Position numbers and translations under genes: made by a program. Of a stretch of 64,000 bases of DNA, positions 18,431 through 27,061 are shown one piece after another; position 1 is the stretch's first letter, and each line of letters starts with the position of its first letter. The DNA is taken from the NCBI GenBank assembly GCA_017303485.1, contig JAFLCY010000004.1, positions 6,392-70,391 of the forward strand, in the 5' to 3' direction. The stretch comes from Rhodobacterales bacterium. GTDB taxonomy: Bacteria > Pseudomonadota > Alphaproteobacteria > Rhodobacterales > Rhodobacteraceae. A model generated the notes under the pieces. It made no database searches and was not told where the DNA came from. It was given only the letters and a program-made list of their open reading frames with translations.

Positions 18431-18916
18431 TCATGAGCGTGCCCAGTCCGGCAGAATGTTGACCTCAAGCGACGGGTCTCTACGAAACTCCATCGCTTTT
18501 GGATCGAGCACCGCGTGCCTGCTCGGGAACTTGGGGTGCGGTCCGACGCCTTCTCCCCTGATGAGTGGCCTGTACCAGTATTGCAGCACTTGGACTGGCA
18601 CGCTGTTCATCGACGCCCCGGAGGTGCAGCATCCAACATTGGGCGGATCGCCATAGTGCAACCGGCGTTCCCTGATGAGATCAGCGATGGTCGTCGTACC
18701 ATTCCGGTCGCGATCCCGCGCATTGAGTTCGGAGAATGCAACCTGAAACTCCCGCTCGCAGGCTTGGCACTGGATCAGGACCAGAGCAGCCTCTTTGGCA
18801 TAAATAAACGCCAGGGCGTCGGTCGAAAATTCGCAGTATCTGGGCACCGCCACTTCGTCAAACCATCTGGGGGCCTCGGGAATCCGGTTCAGAATATCGG
18901 CGTAGTGTGTGTGCAT
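18431..18916 (-). CDS. Orphan Cys-containing hypothetical protein inserted between trmD and rplS
   Basis: 161-aa ORF with GGAGGA RBS, CQAC and HYGDPPNVGCC motifs, lower GC than flanks. Confidence 0.65.
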   Translation of the reverse strand: MHTHYADILNRIPEAPRWFDEVAVPRYCEFSTDALAFIYAKEAALVLIQCQACEREFQVAFSELNARDRDRNGTTTIADLIRERRLHYGDPPNVGCCTSGASMNSVPVQVLQYWYRPLIRGEGVGPHPKFPSRHAVLDPKAMEFRRDPSLEVNILPDWARS

Positions 18917-19026
18917 AGTTTGTCCTCCGCCCTGCAGACTACGCAGCGTCCCGCTGCACCCACAAGGTCTGCCGGACACCCTATGCTGGCAGCCATCATT
19001 CTCACTCTTTCCGACCCGAGCGCCAC

Positions 19027-19055
19027 TTGACCGGCCCTCGCCTTCCTCCTATACG
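19027..19055 (+). promoter_or_regulatory. Putative sigma70 promoter upstream of rplS
   Basis: TTGACC-N17-TATACG. Confidence 0.5.
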
Positions 19056-19267
19056 CGCCCGGTCGGGGGTCAAATGCCCATCCGACCCGATTCCCTTTGC
19101 CTGCCTGCCTTCTTCCGCAGGGACATCGCAAGGGGGCGGAACAAGATATAAGCAGGCGCCACCTGCGGCGGGCTTTCTGGGCAACCAGAAGGGACCCGGA
19201 CGAAGACCGGAAGCTCTGGCGCGGCATCACCTCTGCGGAAAACACCGCAGGCAAATGGAGAAAGCGC

Positions 19268-19642
19268 ATGAACCTCATCGCGCAGATCGAGGCGGAGCAG
19301 ATCGCCGCTCTCGGCAAGACCATCCCGGATTTCAAGGCCGGCGACACCGTTCGCGTCGGCTACAAGGTGACCGAAGGCACCCGTTCGCGCGTGCAGGCCT
19401 ATGAAGGCGTCTGCATCGGCCGCAACGGCGGGCTGACCATCGGCGCTTCGTTCACCGTCCGCAAGATTTCCTTCGGCGAAGGCGTGGAGCGTGTGTTCCC
19501 GCTCTACTCGACCAACATCGATTCGATCGAGGTGGTCCGCCGCGGCAAGGTCCGTCGCGCCAAGCTGTACTACCTGCGCGCCCGTCGCGGCAAATCTGCC
19601 CGGATCGCGGAAGATTCCACCTACAAAGCCAAAGCCGAATAA
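19268..19642 (+). CDS. rplS: 50S ribosomal protein L19
   Basis: [36 protein letters not shown]. Confidence 0.98.
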   Translation: MNLIAQIEAEQIAALGKTIPDFKAGDTVRVGYKVTEGTRSRVQAYEGVCIGRNGGLTIGASFTVRKISFGEGVERVFPLYSTNIDSIEVVRRGKVRRAKLYYLRARRGKSARIAEDSTYKAKAE

Positions 19643-19653
19643 GGAGCGGGACG

Positions 19654-19875
19654 ATGAAAGCCGAAATTCACCCCGACTACCACACGATCACCGTCAAGAT
19701 GACCGACGGCTCGACCTACACGACGCGCTCGACCTGGGGCAAGGAAGGCGACCAGATGTCGCTCGACATCGACCCCCTGGCGCATCCGGCCTGGACCGGC
19801 CAGCAGGCCAAGCTTTTGGACACCGGCGGCCGCGTGTCGAAGTTCAAGAACAAATACGCCGGCCTGGGGTTCTGA
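19654..19875 (+). CDS. rpmE: 50S ribosomal protein L31
   Basis: MKAEIHPDY...HPAWTG...GGRVSKF. AAGGAG RBS. Confidence 0.97.
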   Translation: MKAEIHPDYHTITVKMTDGSTYTTRSTWGKEGDQMSLDIDPLAHPAWTGQQAKLLDTGGRVSKFKNKYAGLGF

Positions 19876-19886
19876 TCCTGCCGAGT

Positions 19887-20300
19887 TTGCAAAGATCTTT
19901 CGGGCGCGCATCACTGCGCGCCCTTTTGCTTTTCGTGGCGACGGCCAGCGGCGCGGACACCGCAAGGGACGTGCGCAGGGCTGTCGAAGGTCTCTGGGGT
20001 TTTGAACTTGTCCCCGACATGACCTGTGCCGAGAACCCTGTGAAAATCGAGGTTGCCGAAAGCAAAGACCGGCTGGTCTTCTCATGGCCAAAGTCGGTCA
20101 CCTATGCCAATGGCTCGGTGTCTGACGGCGTGACCTTCAGCATCGTTGCGGTTGATGGCCTGACCCTCTCCCTGCGCCGGGACCGTGACGGGGTGAAGGC
20201 CAGCATCGCCGTCGCCCCCGATGGGAAGTCTTTCCAGTACGAGGAAGACGGCCCCAACGAAGGCAGTCGGTTTGACCGCTGCGAGGGCTTTTCCAGCTGA
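19887..20300 (+). CDS. Hypothetical exported protein (start uncertain)
   Basis: Signal-peptide-like N-terminus from TTG 19887, EGLW, a Cys pair (TC...RC) and a beta-rich pattern. Confidence 0.5.
   Translation: MQRSFGRASLRALLLFVATASGADTARDVRRAVEGLWGFELVPDMTCAENPVKIEVAESKDRLVFSWPKSVTYANGSVSDGVTFSIVAVDGLTLSLRRDRDGVKASIAVAPDGKSFQYEEDGPNEGSRFDRCEGFSS
19902..19933 (+). terminator. Intrinsic terminator after rpmE
   Basis: GGGCGCGCA-TCAC-TGCGCGCCC followed by TTTTGCTTTT. Confidence 0.75.
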
Positions 20301-20404
20301 TTGGCTGCGTTTCCCACAGGTTTTCGACCCCGGCACAGCCCTTCCCGCTTCCCCCTTCGCCGGTCCCCGCATAAGAAAGCGCCGGGACAAGGGCAGGGAA
20401 CGGC

Positions 20405-21214
20405 ATGGCGCGGATCATCGTTGTCGGGAACGAAAAGGGTGGCTCGGGCAAGTCGACCACCTGCATGCATGTCGCGACCGCGCTGTCACGGCTGGGCCAC
20501 AAGGTCGGGGCGCTGGACCTCGACCTCCGCCAGCGCTCTTTCGGGCGCTATATCGAGAACCGCCGCGCCTACATGGCGCAGGCCGGGCTGACGCTGCCCA
20601 CGCCCGACTACCGGCCCCTGCCCGAGGTGGACCCGTCCACGATCACAGAAGGCGGGAATGCCCAGGACCAACGCCTGACCCGCGCGATCGAGGCGATGGA
20701 TGCCGGGATGGACTATATCGTCATTGATTGCCCCGGCAGCCATACACGCCTGTCACAGGTGGCGCATACCTTGGCCGACACGCTGATCACCCCGCTGAAT
20801 GACAGCTTCGTCGATTTCGACCTTCTGGCGCGTGTCGACGGGCTGACCGGCAAGATCAAGGGCCCGTCGATCTATTCTGAAATGGTCTGGGGGGCGCGGC
20901 AGATGCGGGCGCAGGCGGGGTTGCAGCCGATCGACTGGATCGTTGTCCGCAACCGCCTTGGCGCGCAGCAGATGCATAACAAGAAGAAGGTCGGCGCCGC
21001 GCTGGAAGAACTGTCGCGCCGCATCGGGTTTCGCATCCTCAACGGATTTTCCGAACGTGTGATCTTCCGCGAGCTTTTCCCCCGCGGCCTTACCCTTCTT
21101 GACCTCAAGGATACCGGCGTCGATCAGCTGAACCTGTCGAACATCGCAGCCCGGCAGGAATTGCGTGACCTGATGACGGGCCTCAAGCTTCCGTCTCTGA
21201 CTGTCGGCTTCTGA
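20405..21214 (+). CDS. mipZ: Division plane positioning ATPase MipZ
   Basis: IIVVGNEKGGSGKST, DLDLRQRS, TPLNDSFVDFDLL, ERVIFRELFPRGLTLLD. Confidence 0.95.
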   Translation: MARIIVVGNEKGGSGKSTTCMHVATALSRLGHKVGALDLDLRQRSFGRYIENRRAYMAQAGLTLPTPDYRPLPEVDPSTITEGGNAQDQRLTRAIEAMDAGMDYIVIDCPGSHTRLSQVAHTLADTLITPLNDSFVDFDLLARVDGLTGKIKGPSIYSEMVWGARQMRAQAGLQPIDWIVVRNRLGAQQMHNKKKVGAALEELSRRIGFRILNGFSERVIFRELFPRGLTLLDLKDTGVDQLNLSNIAARQELRDLMTGLKLPSLTVGF

Positions 21215-21356
21215 ACACCGGGCCGCCTAGCCCGGTATGGTTCACGACTCGGGTCCGGTTCACCTTCTTCAGGCGCTTCTCGTAAGGCTCGTCCACCTCG
21301 GCCTTCTTGACGCGGCCAAGGCCAATTTTCTTCAGCAGCATAATGGTCTTTTTCAT
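21183..21356 (-). CDS. Small basic hypothetical protein (57 aa)
   Basis: GAAAGGA RBS before ATG; AAG-rich Lys codons; 3' end overlaps mipZ. Confidence 0.45.
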   Translation of the reverse strand: MKKTIMLLKKIGLGRVKKAEVDEPYEKRLKKVNRTRVVNHTGLGGPVFRSRQSETEA

Positions 21357-21515
21357 TGGGCCGTCCTTTCGGTCATACCCTGTTGTCCTGCCCAAGCGCG
21401 GCAGGACTAAGGCATGGTAGGACAATTGCTGCGTCTGGTTTGCGCTGATTTGGAGACAATCCGTGTCCGATTTCGCCACACAATTTATACGGGAATTAAT
21501 GCTTGCATGGTCGCC

Positions 21516-22304
21516 CTATTGCGCCCGGCTTGCCAACCACCCGGCCCAGGACTGTTTCGATCCGGCAAAGACGTTGATGTCGACCCGCCCGGCAATTCCT
21601 GGCACCAGCCCGGTCGAGGTGTATTGCCAGAAACTCCAGGCACTTCCGTCATAGACCCCGTGCGGATGATCGGCGACCGAGCGTAGCCAGAACTCCACCC
21701 CGCGCATCCGCCACAACTCGGTGTCCTGGAAGAAATCCACCGTGGTATAGATCATCGGGCGCTGGCCGTAGTGGCGTTCAAGAATGTCCAGGAAGATCCC
21801 CGCCTCCTCGCGGATGGTGGCGCCGTCACGGCGGATCGTGCAGGTCGGGCTGGTCGGCGTCCATTCCAGGTCCAAAACCGGAGGCAGGGCGCCCGGGGTC
21901 TTCGGAACATGCTTGATGAACCAGCGGGCCTGCTCGGCGGCCGGGCGGCAATGGTAGAAGAAGTGATAGGCCCCGCGCCGCACCCCGGCCCGCCCGGCGC
22001 TGCGCCAGTGGTCCTCGAACATGGGGTCCACCCGGTCGCCGCCCTCGGTCGCCTTGATGAAGGCGAAGTTCACCCCGTTTGCCCGTGCCTCGCGCCAGTC
22101 CACGCTGGTCTGGAACCGCGACAGGTCGATGCCGTGAACCGGATAGCGGTCGGGCGACCGGCCCGGCCAGTCAGTCGGATCGGCATCCTGAAAGTTCGAG
22201 CTGATGACAGTCACCTCGCCGGGACCGGAAGGAGCAACTGCATGTCGAGAACTACCGCAGGCGGTCAGGGCGACGAGGGCAAAGAGGGAAAGCGCGCGCA
22301 ACAT
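21516..22304 (-). CDS. GH25 family lysozyme/muramidase, lipoprotein
   Basis: Lipobox LTAC, GIDLSRFQ, FIKATEG, GAYHF, PPVLDLE, FWQYT. Confidence 0.92.
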   Translation of the reverse strand: MLRALSLFALVALTACGSSRHAVAPSGPGEVTVISSNFQDADPTDWPGRSPDRYPVHGIDLSRFQTSVDWREARANGVNFAFIKATEGGDRVDPMFEDHWRSAGRAGVRRGAYHFFYHCRPAAEQARWFIKHVPKTPGALPPVLDLEWTPTSPTCTIRRDGATIREEAGIFLDILERHYGQRPMIYTTVDFFQDTELWRMRGVEFWLRSVADHPHGVYDGSAWSFWQYTSTGLVPGIAGRVDINVFAGSKQSWAGWLASRAQ

Positions 22305-22368
22305 GGGCCGATGCTGCCAAGAGCCCCGGCCCCTGTCACGCGGGATTTTAGGTCATCGGCGGAAAGGA

Positions 22369-23445
22369 TCACCCGAAGCGGGCTGGAGCCAGTTGCGCCA
22401 CCAGCCCGGCATCAAGCTCCGGCGCACGGCCCCCGATCAGGTCTGCCGCCAGACGGCTGGCCGCAGCACTGGTCTGGAACCCGTAGCCACCCTGTCCCGC
22501 CAGCCAGAAGAACGCAGGCTCCCGCGCGTCCGGCCCGATCACCAGCACCCGGTCGGGGGCAAAGGTGCGCAGGCCGGCCCAGTTTGAGATCAGCCGCGTC
22601 ACCGGCTCGGTCACCATTTCCTCATATCGCGCCAGACCCTCGGCCAGCACCATGTCATCGGCCCAGGCGTCATGCGGCTCCATCAGGTCTTCCTCGGCGG
22701 GTGAGACGATAAGCGCGCCCGCATCGGGCTTGGCGTACCAGTCCTCGCCCGGCCCGAACATCATCGGCCATTTGCTCACGTCATGGCCTCCCGGCGCCGG
22801 AATCCGCGCCATTGAGCGGCGATAGGGCGTGAAGCCCAGGGGCGTGACCCCCGCCAGAGCTGCCACCTGATCCACCCAGGCCCCCGCGGCATTGACGATC
22901 ATCCGCGCAGTGAATTCCCCCGCTGCCGAGGTCACCCGCCAGCCTGCGCCGTCCCGCGCAATCGCGGTGACCTTCGCCTTCGTCACGATCCGCGCGCCAC
23001 GCCCCTTCGCCTCGCGCGCGAAACCCTGCACCAGAAGGTCGGTATCCACATCCTCGGCATGGGCGGCATAGCCCGCCATCGCCACCGTTTCGGGGTTCAG
23101 GATCGGCACGATTCCCCGCGCTTCATCAACGCTTATCCGGTCGAAGGCCATCGCCTCCAGGTCATGCTCGAAAGCCTCGACCCCGTCTGGCTTCCCCACC
23201 AACAGAAGCCCCCGCGGTGACAACACCCCCGGCACCGACCGGAAATAGGCCTCCGACGCCATCGACAGACCGACCACCGCCGGCGCACCATAGCGCGGCT
23301 CGAACAGGGCGGCTGACCGGCCCGAAGCATGATGCGCCAGCGCCTCCTCCGCCTCCAGCAGGATGACCGACCCAAGCTCCGACATCCGCGCCGCCGCCGA
23401 GACCCCAGCGATCCCGCCGCCGATGATCAGGAAATCCGCGTCCAT
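22369..23445 (-). CDS. FAD-dependent oxidoreductase (DAO family)
   Basis: IIGGGIAG, HASGRSA, VNAAGAW, WAGLRTFAPDR, GQGGYGFQ. Confidence 0.88.
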   Translation of the reverse strand: MDADFLIIGGGIAGVSAAARMSELGSVILLEAEEALAHHASGRSAALFEPRYGAPAVVGLSMASEAYFRSVPGVLSPRGLLLVGKPDGVEAFEHDLEAMAFDRISVDEARGIVPILNPETVAMAGYAAHAEDVDTDLLVQGFAREAKGRGARIVTKAKVTAIARDGAGWRVTSAAGEFTARMIVNAAGAWVDQVAALAGVTPLGFTPYRRSMARIPAPGGHDVSKWPMMFGPGEDWYAKPDAGALIVSPAEEDLMEPHDAWADDMVLAEGLARYEEMVTEPVTRLISNWAGLRTFAPDRVLVIGPDAREPAFFWLAGQGGYGFQTSAAASRLAADLIGGRAPELDAGLVAQLAPARFG

Positions 23446-23550
23446 TGCCGTTCTCCCAAAGACAAGGGGCACCGATGACCGGTGCCCCTCTCATCCTGAT
23501 CCGCATATCGCGAGGCACGGGCCGGATGCAATCCGGCCCGCGACACAAGA

Positions 23551-24627
23551 TCACTGCGGGATGTCGCCGGTGATGCCTTCGACGTAGAAGTTCATCCCCA
23601 AAAGGTCGCCATCCGGCGCGGTCGCGCCTTCGGCCAGCCAGTCCGAACCGTCCTGCTTCTTGATCGGCCCGGTGAAGGCATGCAGCGTCCCCGCCGCGAT
23701 ATCGTCACGCACCTTCTCGGCCGCCGCCTTTACTTCCGGCGGCACCGCCTCGGTGATCTCGCCGATCAGCACTTCGCCATCGGCAATGCCGGCCCAGGTA
23801 TCGGACTGGGCATAGGTGCCATCCAGAAGTTCGCCCACGCGCTTGACGTAGTAGGGCGCCCAGTTGTCGATGATCGACGACACGCGCGGGCTGGGCTTGT
23901 AGGCCTCCATGTCAGAGGCCTGGCCAAAGCCGATCACGGCGCCACCCGCCTCGGCCAGAGGAGCGGTCGAATCGGTGTGCGCGGCAATCACGTCGATGCC
24001 CTGGTCGATCAGCGCCTTCGCCGAATCCGCCTCTTTCGCCGGATCGAACCAGGTGAAGGCCCAGACCACCGAAAGCTGGACGTCCGGGTTCACCTTCTTG
24101 GCGGCAAGGTAATAGGCGTTGATGCCGTTCAGCACCTCGGGGATCGGGAACGAGCCGATGTAGCCGATCTTGTTCGACTTGGTCATCATCCCGGCAATGG
24201 TGCCCTGCACCGCGCGGCCTTCATAGAAGCGCGCGTTGTAGGTCGAGACGTTGGCGCTGTCGCGCTTGAAGCCGGTGGCATGCTCGAACTTCACATCCGG
24301 GAACTTGGCGGCAACCGCGTTGGTCGCGTCCATGTAGCCGAACGAGGTGGTGAAGATGATGTTGCAGCCGCCCAGCGCCATCTGGGTCAGCACGCGCTCG
24401 GCGTCGGCGCCTTCCGGCACGCTTTCCTGATACTGGATCTCGACCTTGTCGCCGTATTTCTCCTGCAAGGCCAGCGCACCCTGGTGGTGCTGGTAGGTCC
24501 AGCCGCCATCGCCGATCGGACCGACATAGACGAAGCAGGCCTTCACATGGTCCATGCCCTGCGCGAAGGCGCCCGAGGCGAGCATCAGGCCCATTGCCGC
24601 ACTTGCCAGCAGATTTCTACGTTTCAT
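23551..24627 (-). CDS. BMP-family ABC transporter substrate-binding protein (purine/nucleoside)
   Basis: YVGPIGDGGWTYQH, IFTTSFGY, WFDPAKE; N-terminal signal peptide. Confidence 0.92.
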   Translation of the reverse strand: MKRRNLLASAAMGLMLASGAFAQGMDHVKACFVYVGPIGDGGWTYQHHQGALALQEKYGDKVEIQYQESVPEGADAERVLTQMALGGCNIIFTTSFGYMDATNAVAAKFPDVKFEHATGFKRDSANVSTYNARFYEGRAVQGTIAGMMTKSNKIGYIGSFPIPEVLNGINAYYLAAKKVNPDVQLSVVWAFTWFDPAKEADSAKALIDQGIDVIAAHTDSTAPLAEAGGAVIGFGQASDMEAYKPSPRVSSIIDNWAPYYVKRVGELLDGTYAQSDTWAGIADGEVLIGEITEAVPPEVKAAAEKVRDDIAAGTLHAFTGPIKKQDGSDWLAEGATAPDGDLLGMNFYVEGITGDIPQ

Positions 24628-24676
24628 TGCGTTACTCCCGTTGGTGGCAAGGCTTGCTGCCCTGCGGTTATGAGCC

Positions 24677-25609
24677 TCAGCGCGAGGCGTGAAAGTTCTG
24701 ACCCAACGAGGCCGGAGCCCCGTTTGCCTTGCCCTTGCGTCCCGCCGACATGATGACCAGCACAAGAATGGTTATCAGATAGGGGGCCATGGACAAGTAC
24801 TCGACCGGGATCGCCGATCCGGCGACCTGCAGGTTCAGCTGCAGCACGGTGATGCCGCCGAATAGATAAGCACCGATTAACACCCGCCAGGGTTTCCACG
24901 AGGCGAAGACCACGATGGCCAGCGCGATCCAGCCCGCGCCTGCCGTGATCCCGTCCACCCATTGCGGCACCCGGGCAAGCGAGACATAGGCCCCGCCCAT
25001 TCCCGCCATCGCGCCGCCAAAGGCGATGCACATCAGCCGGATGCGGTTCACCTTGTAGCCCAGCGCGTGTGCCGCCTCATGGCTTTCGCCGACCGCCCGG
25101 ATGATCAGGCCCACGCGGGTCGCCTTCAGCACCCACCACAGCACCGCCGTCATCGCGATGCTGAAATAGACCACCCAGTCATGCCCGAACAGGATCGGTC
25201 CCACCACCGGCAGGTCCGCCAGCGCATCGGGCAGAAGCTGGCCGGTATGCGGAGGCTTGATGCCGTTGTAGCCTTGCCCGCCCAGCGAGGAGACGCCCAG
25301 CCCGAACAGAGTCAACGCGAGCCCGGTCGCCACCTGGTTCGCCAGGAAGACCTGCGTGAGCAGCGCAAAGATCAGGCTCAGCGCCGCCCCCGCCACGGCT
25401 CCACCGATGAAGCCCAGCACCGGGCTTCCGGTATGCACCGCGACGATGAACCCGCCGAGCGCGCCGATGATCATCATCCCCTCGACGCCAAGGTTCAGCA
25501 CGCCGGAGCGTTCGACCACCGCCTCGCCCAGCGCCGCCAGCAGGATCGGCACGGCGCTCGCCATCAGCGTGGCGATCAGGATGACCGGATTGATTCCACC
25601 AAAGTCCAT
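24677..25609 (-). CDS. Nucleoside ABC transporter permease
   Basis: [35 protein letters not shown]. Confidence 0.92.
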   Translation of the reverse strand: MDFGGINPVILIATLMASAVPILLAALGEAVVERSGVLNLGVEGMMIIGALGGFIVAVHTGSPVLGFIGGAVAGAALSLIFALLTQVFLANQVATGLALTLFGLGVSSLGGQGYNGIKPPHTGQLLPDALADLPVVGPILFGHDWVVYFSIAMTAVLWWVLKATRVGLIIRAVGESHEAAHALGYKVNRIRLMCIAFGGAMAGMGGAYVSLARVPQWVDGITAGAGWIALAIVVFASWKPWRVLIGAYLFGGITVLQLNLQVAGSAIPVEYLSMAPYLITILVLVIMSAGRKGKANGAPASLGQNFHASR

Positions 25610-25610
25610 C

Positions 25611-25916
25611 TCAATGCGCTCCCCAACCAAGTATCAAATCATGACCCGAACGCAGAGCTGCGCCAGATAGCAACCCAAGCCACGGAGCGCGCCTTAGCCA
25701 AGCGCCCTCCTCTCCGATGAGAATTCGTTTCATTGCTCGATGTGAATTCTCAAGCACTTCCGTCACCGTGGCAGTGCTGAAGGCTTGCAATGCCACGGAT
25801 AGGAGGAACAAGAAAACGATTGCGAAAATACCTATGATTGGAGCGTGGTAGCCAATCACCACGCAAACCACGGCAGCCACAATGGCCAAGAGTTTGGCTG
25901 AAGTTGCGCTGATCAT
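25611..25916 (-). CDS. Small AT-richer membrane protein inserted between the two permeases
   Basis: 101 aa with 2-3 hydrophobic segments. ATGA overlap upstream; TGA-G-ATG junction downstream. Confidence 0.6.
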   Translation of the reverse strand: MISATSAKLLAIVAAVVCVVIGYHAPIIGIFAIVFLFLLSVALQAFSTATVTEVLENSHRAMKRILIGEEGAWLRRAPWLGLLSGAALRSGHDLILGWGAH

Positions 25917-26995
25917 GCCTTCACCCCCACCGCCAGCCGGAACCGATAGTTCGTCAACACATCCACCGCGAGGAGGAAGAACAAGAGCATCCCCTGGAAC
26001 ACCTGGATCGCCGCATCCGGCAGGCCAAGGTTGGTCGAGGCCATCTCGCCGCCGACATAGGTCAAGGCCATCAGGAACCCGGCCAGCACGATCCCCAGCG
26101 GGTTCAGCCGGCCAAGAAAGGCGACGATGATCGCCGTGAAACCGTAGCCGGTATTGAAGTCGATGCTGATCTGCCCCGCCGGGCCGGTCACCTCGAACAT
26201 TCCCGCCAGCCCGGCCAGCGCGCCGGAAATGCCCATGCACAGCACCACCAGCCGCGTCGGGCTGACACCATGGAACCGCGCCGCCCTCGGGGCTTGCCCC
26301 GCCAGCCTGATCTGGAACCCCGCCTGATGCCGGGTCAGAAGGATATAGGCCAGAACCGCCGTCACCAAGGCCGCCACGCCGCCCCAATGCAGGCCAAGCG
26401 GCTCATAGAGATAGCTGTTTTGCGCCGCCGGATAGCTGGAGAAATTCCGGCTTCCCGGAAACCCCATCCCCTCGGGGTTCTTCAGGAACCCGGTCGAGGC
26501 CTTGGCGAGGATCGTCTCGGCCACATAGACCAGCATCAGCGACACGAGGATCTCGTTCGTGTTGAACCGCGTCTTCAATATCGCCGGGATCATCGCCCAG
26601 GCCCAGCCGCCGAACGCGCCCGCGATCACCATCACCGGAAAGATCAGCCGGTTCTCGGTCGGGAAGACCGCAAGGCCCACTGCGGCCCCGCAGATCGCCC
26701 CCATGATGTACTGACCCTCGGCCCCGATATTCCAGATCCCCGCCCGGAAGCCCAAAGCAAGGCCGATGGCGATCAGGATCAGCGGCCCCGCCTTCACCAA
26801 GAGCTGCCCGCGCAGGTAAAAGGCGAACTCGCCGAACATCGGATCCCAGAAGATCGTGCGGATCACCTCGAACGGGTTCTTGCCCATCGCGGCGAACAGG
26901 ATACCCCCGGCGATCATCGTCAGCAGCACCGCCACCGGCGGTGTCGCATAAAGCCAGAACCGGCTTTGGGTCGGGCGCTTCTCAAGCCTCAGCAT
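25913..26995 (-). CDS. Nucleoside ABC transporter permease
   Basis: RAGIWNIGAEGQ, NEILVSLML, GYGFTAIIVAFLGRLNP. Confidence 0.92.
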   Translation of the reverse strand: MLRLEKRPTQSRFWLYATPPVAVLLTMIAGGILFAAMGKNPFEVIRTIFWDPMFGEFAFYLRGQLLVKAGPLILIAIGLALGFRAGIWNIGAEGQYIMGAICGAAVGLAVFPTENRLIFPVMVIAGAFGGWAWAMIPAILKTRFNTNEILVSLMLVYVAETILAKASTGFLKNPEGMGFPGSRNFSSYPAAQNSYLYEPLGLHWGGVAALVTAVLAYILLTRHQAGFQIRLAGQAPRAARFHGVSPTRLVVLCMGISGALAGLAGMFEVTGPAGQISIDFNTGYGFTAIIVAFLGRLNPLGIVLAGFLMALTYVGGEMASTNLGLPDAAIQVFQGMLLFFLLAVDVLTNYRFRLAVGVKA

Positions 26996-27012
26996 GACAT
27001 CACCGCCTGGCC

Positions 27013-27057
27013 GCAAATTCCTTCGAAGGAATTTGCAAAACTCTTCGAAGAGTTTTG
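27013..27057. repeat. Tandem perfect palindromes (family B)
   Basis: GCAAATTCCTTCGAAGGAATTTGC (24 bp) and CAAAACTCTTCGAAGAGTTTTG (22 bp), sharing one base. Confidence 0.85.
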
Positions 27058-27061
27058 TGCC

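Noticed and set aside
19654-19875. L31 lacking zinc-binding cysteines
   Set aside because: The Cys-free form is ordinary in alphaproteobacteria.
21516-22304. Phage endolysin
   Set aside because: Has a lipoprotein signal and host-like codons with no holin or phage context; a cellular GH25.
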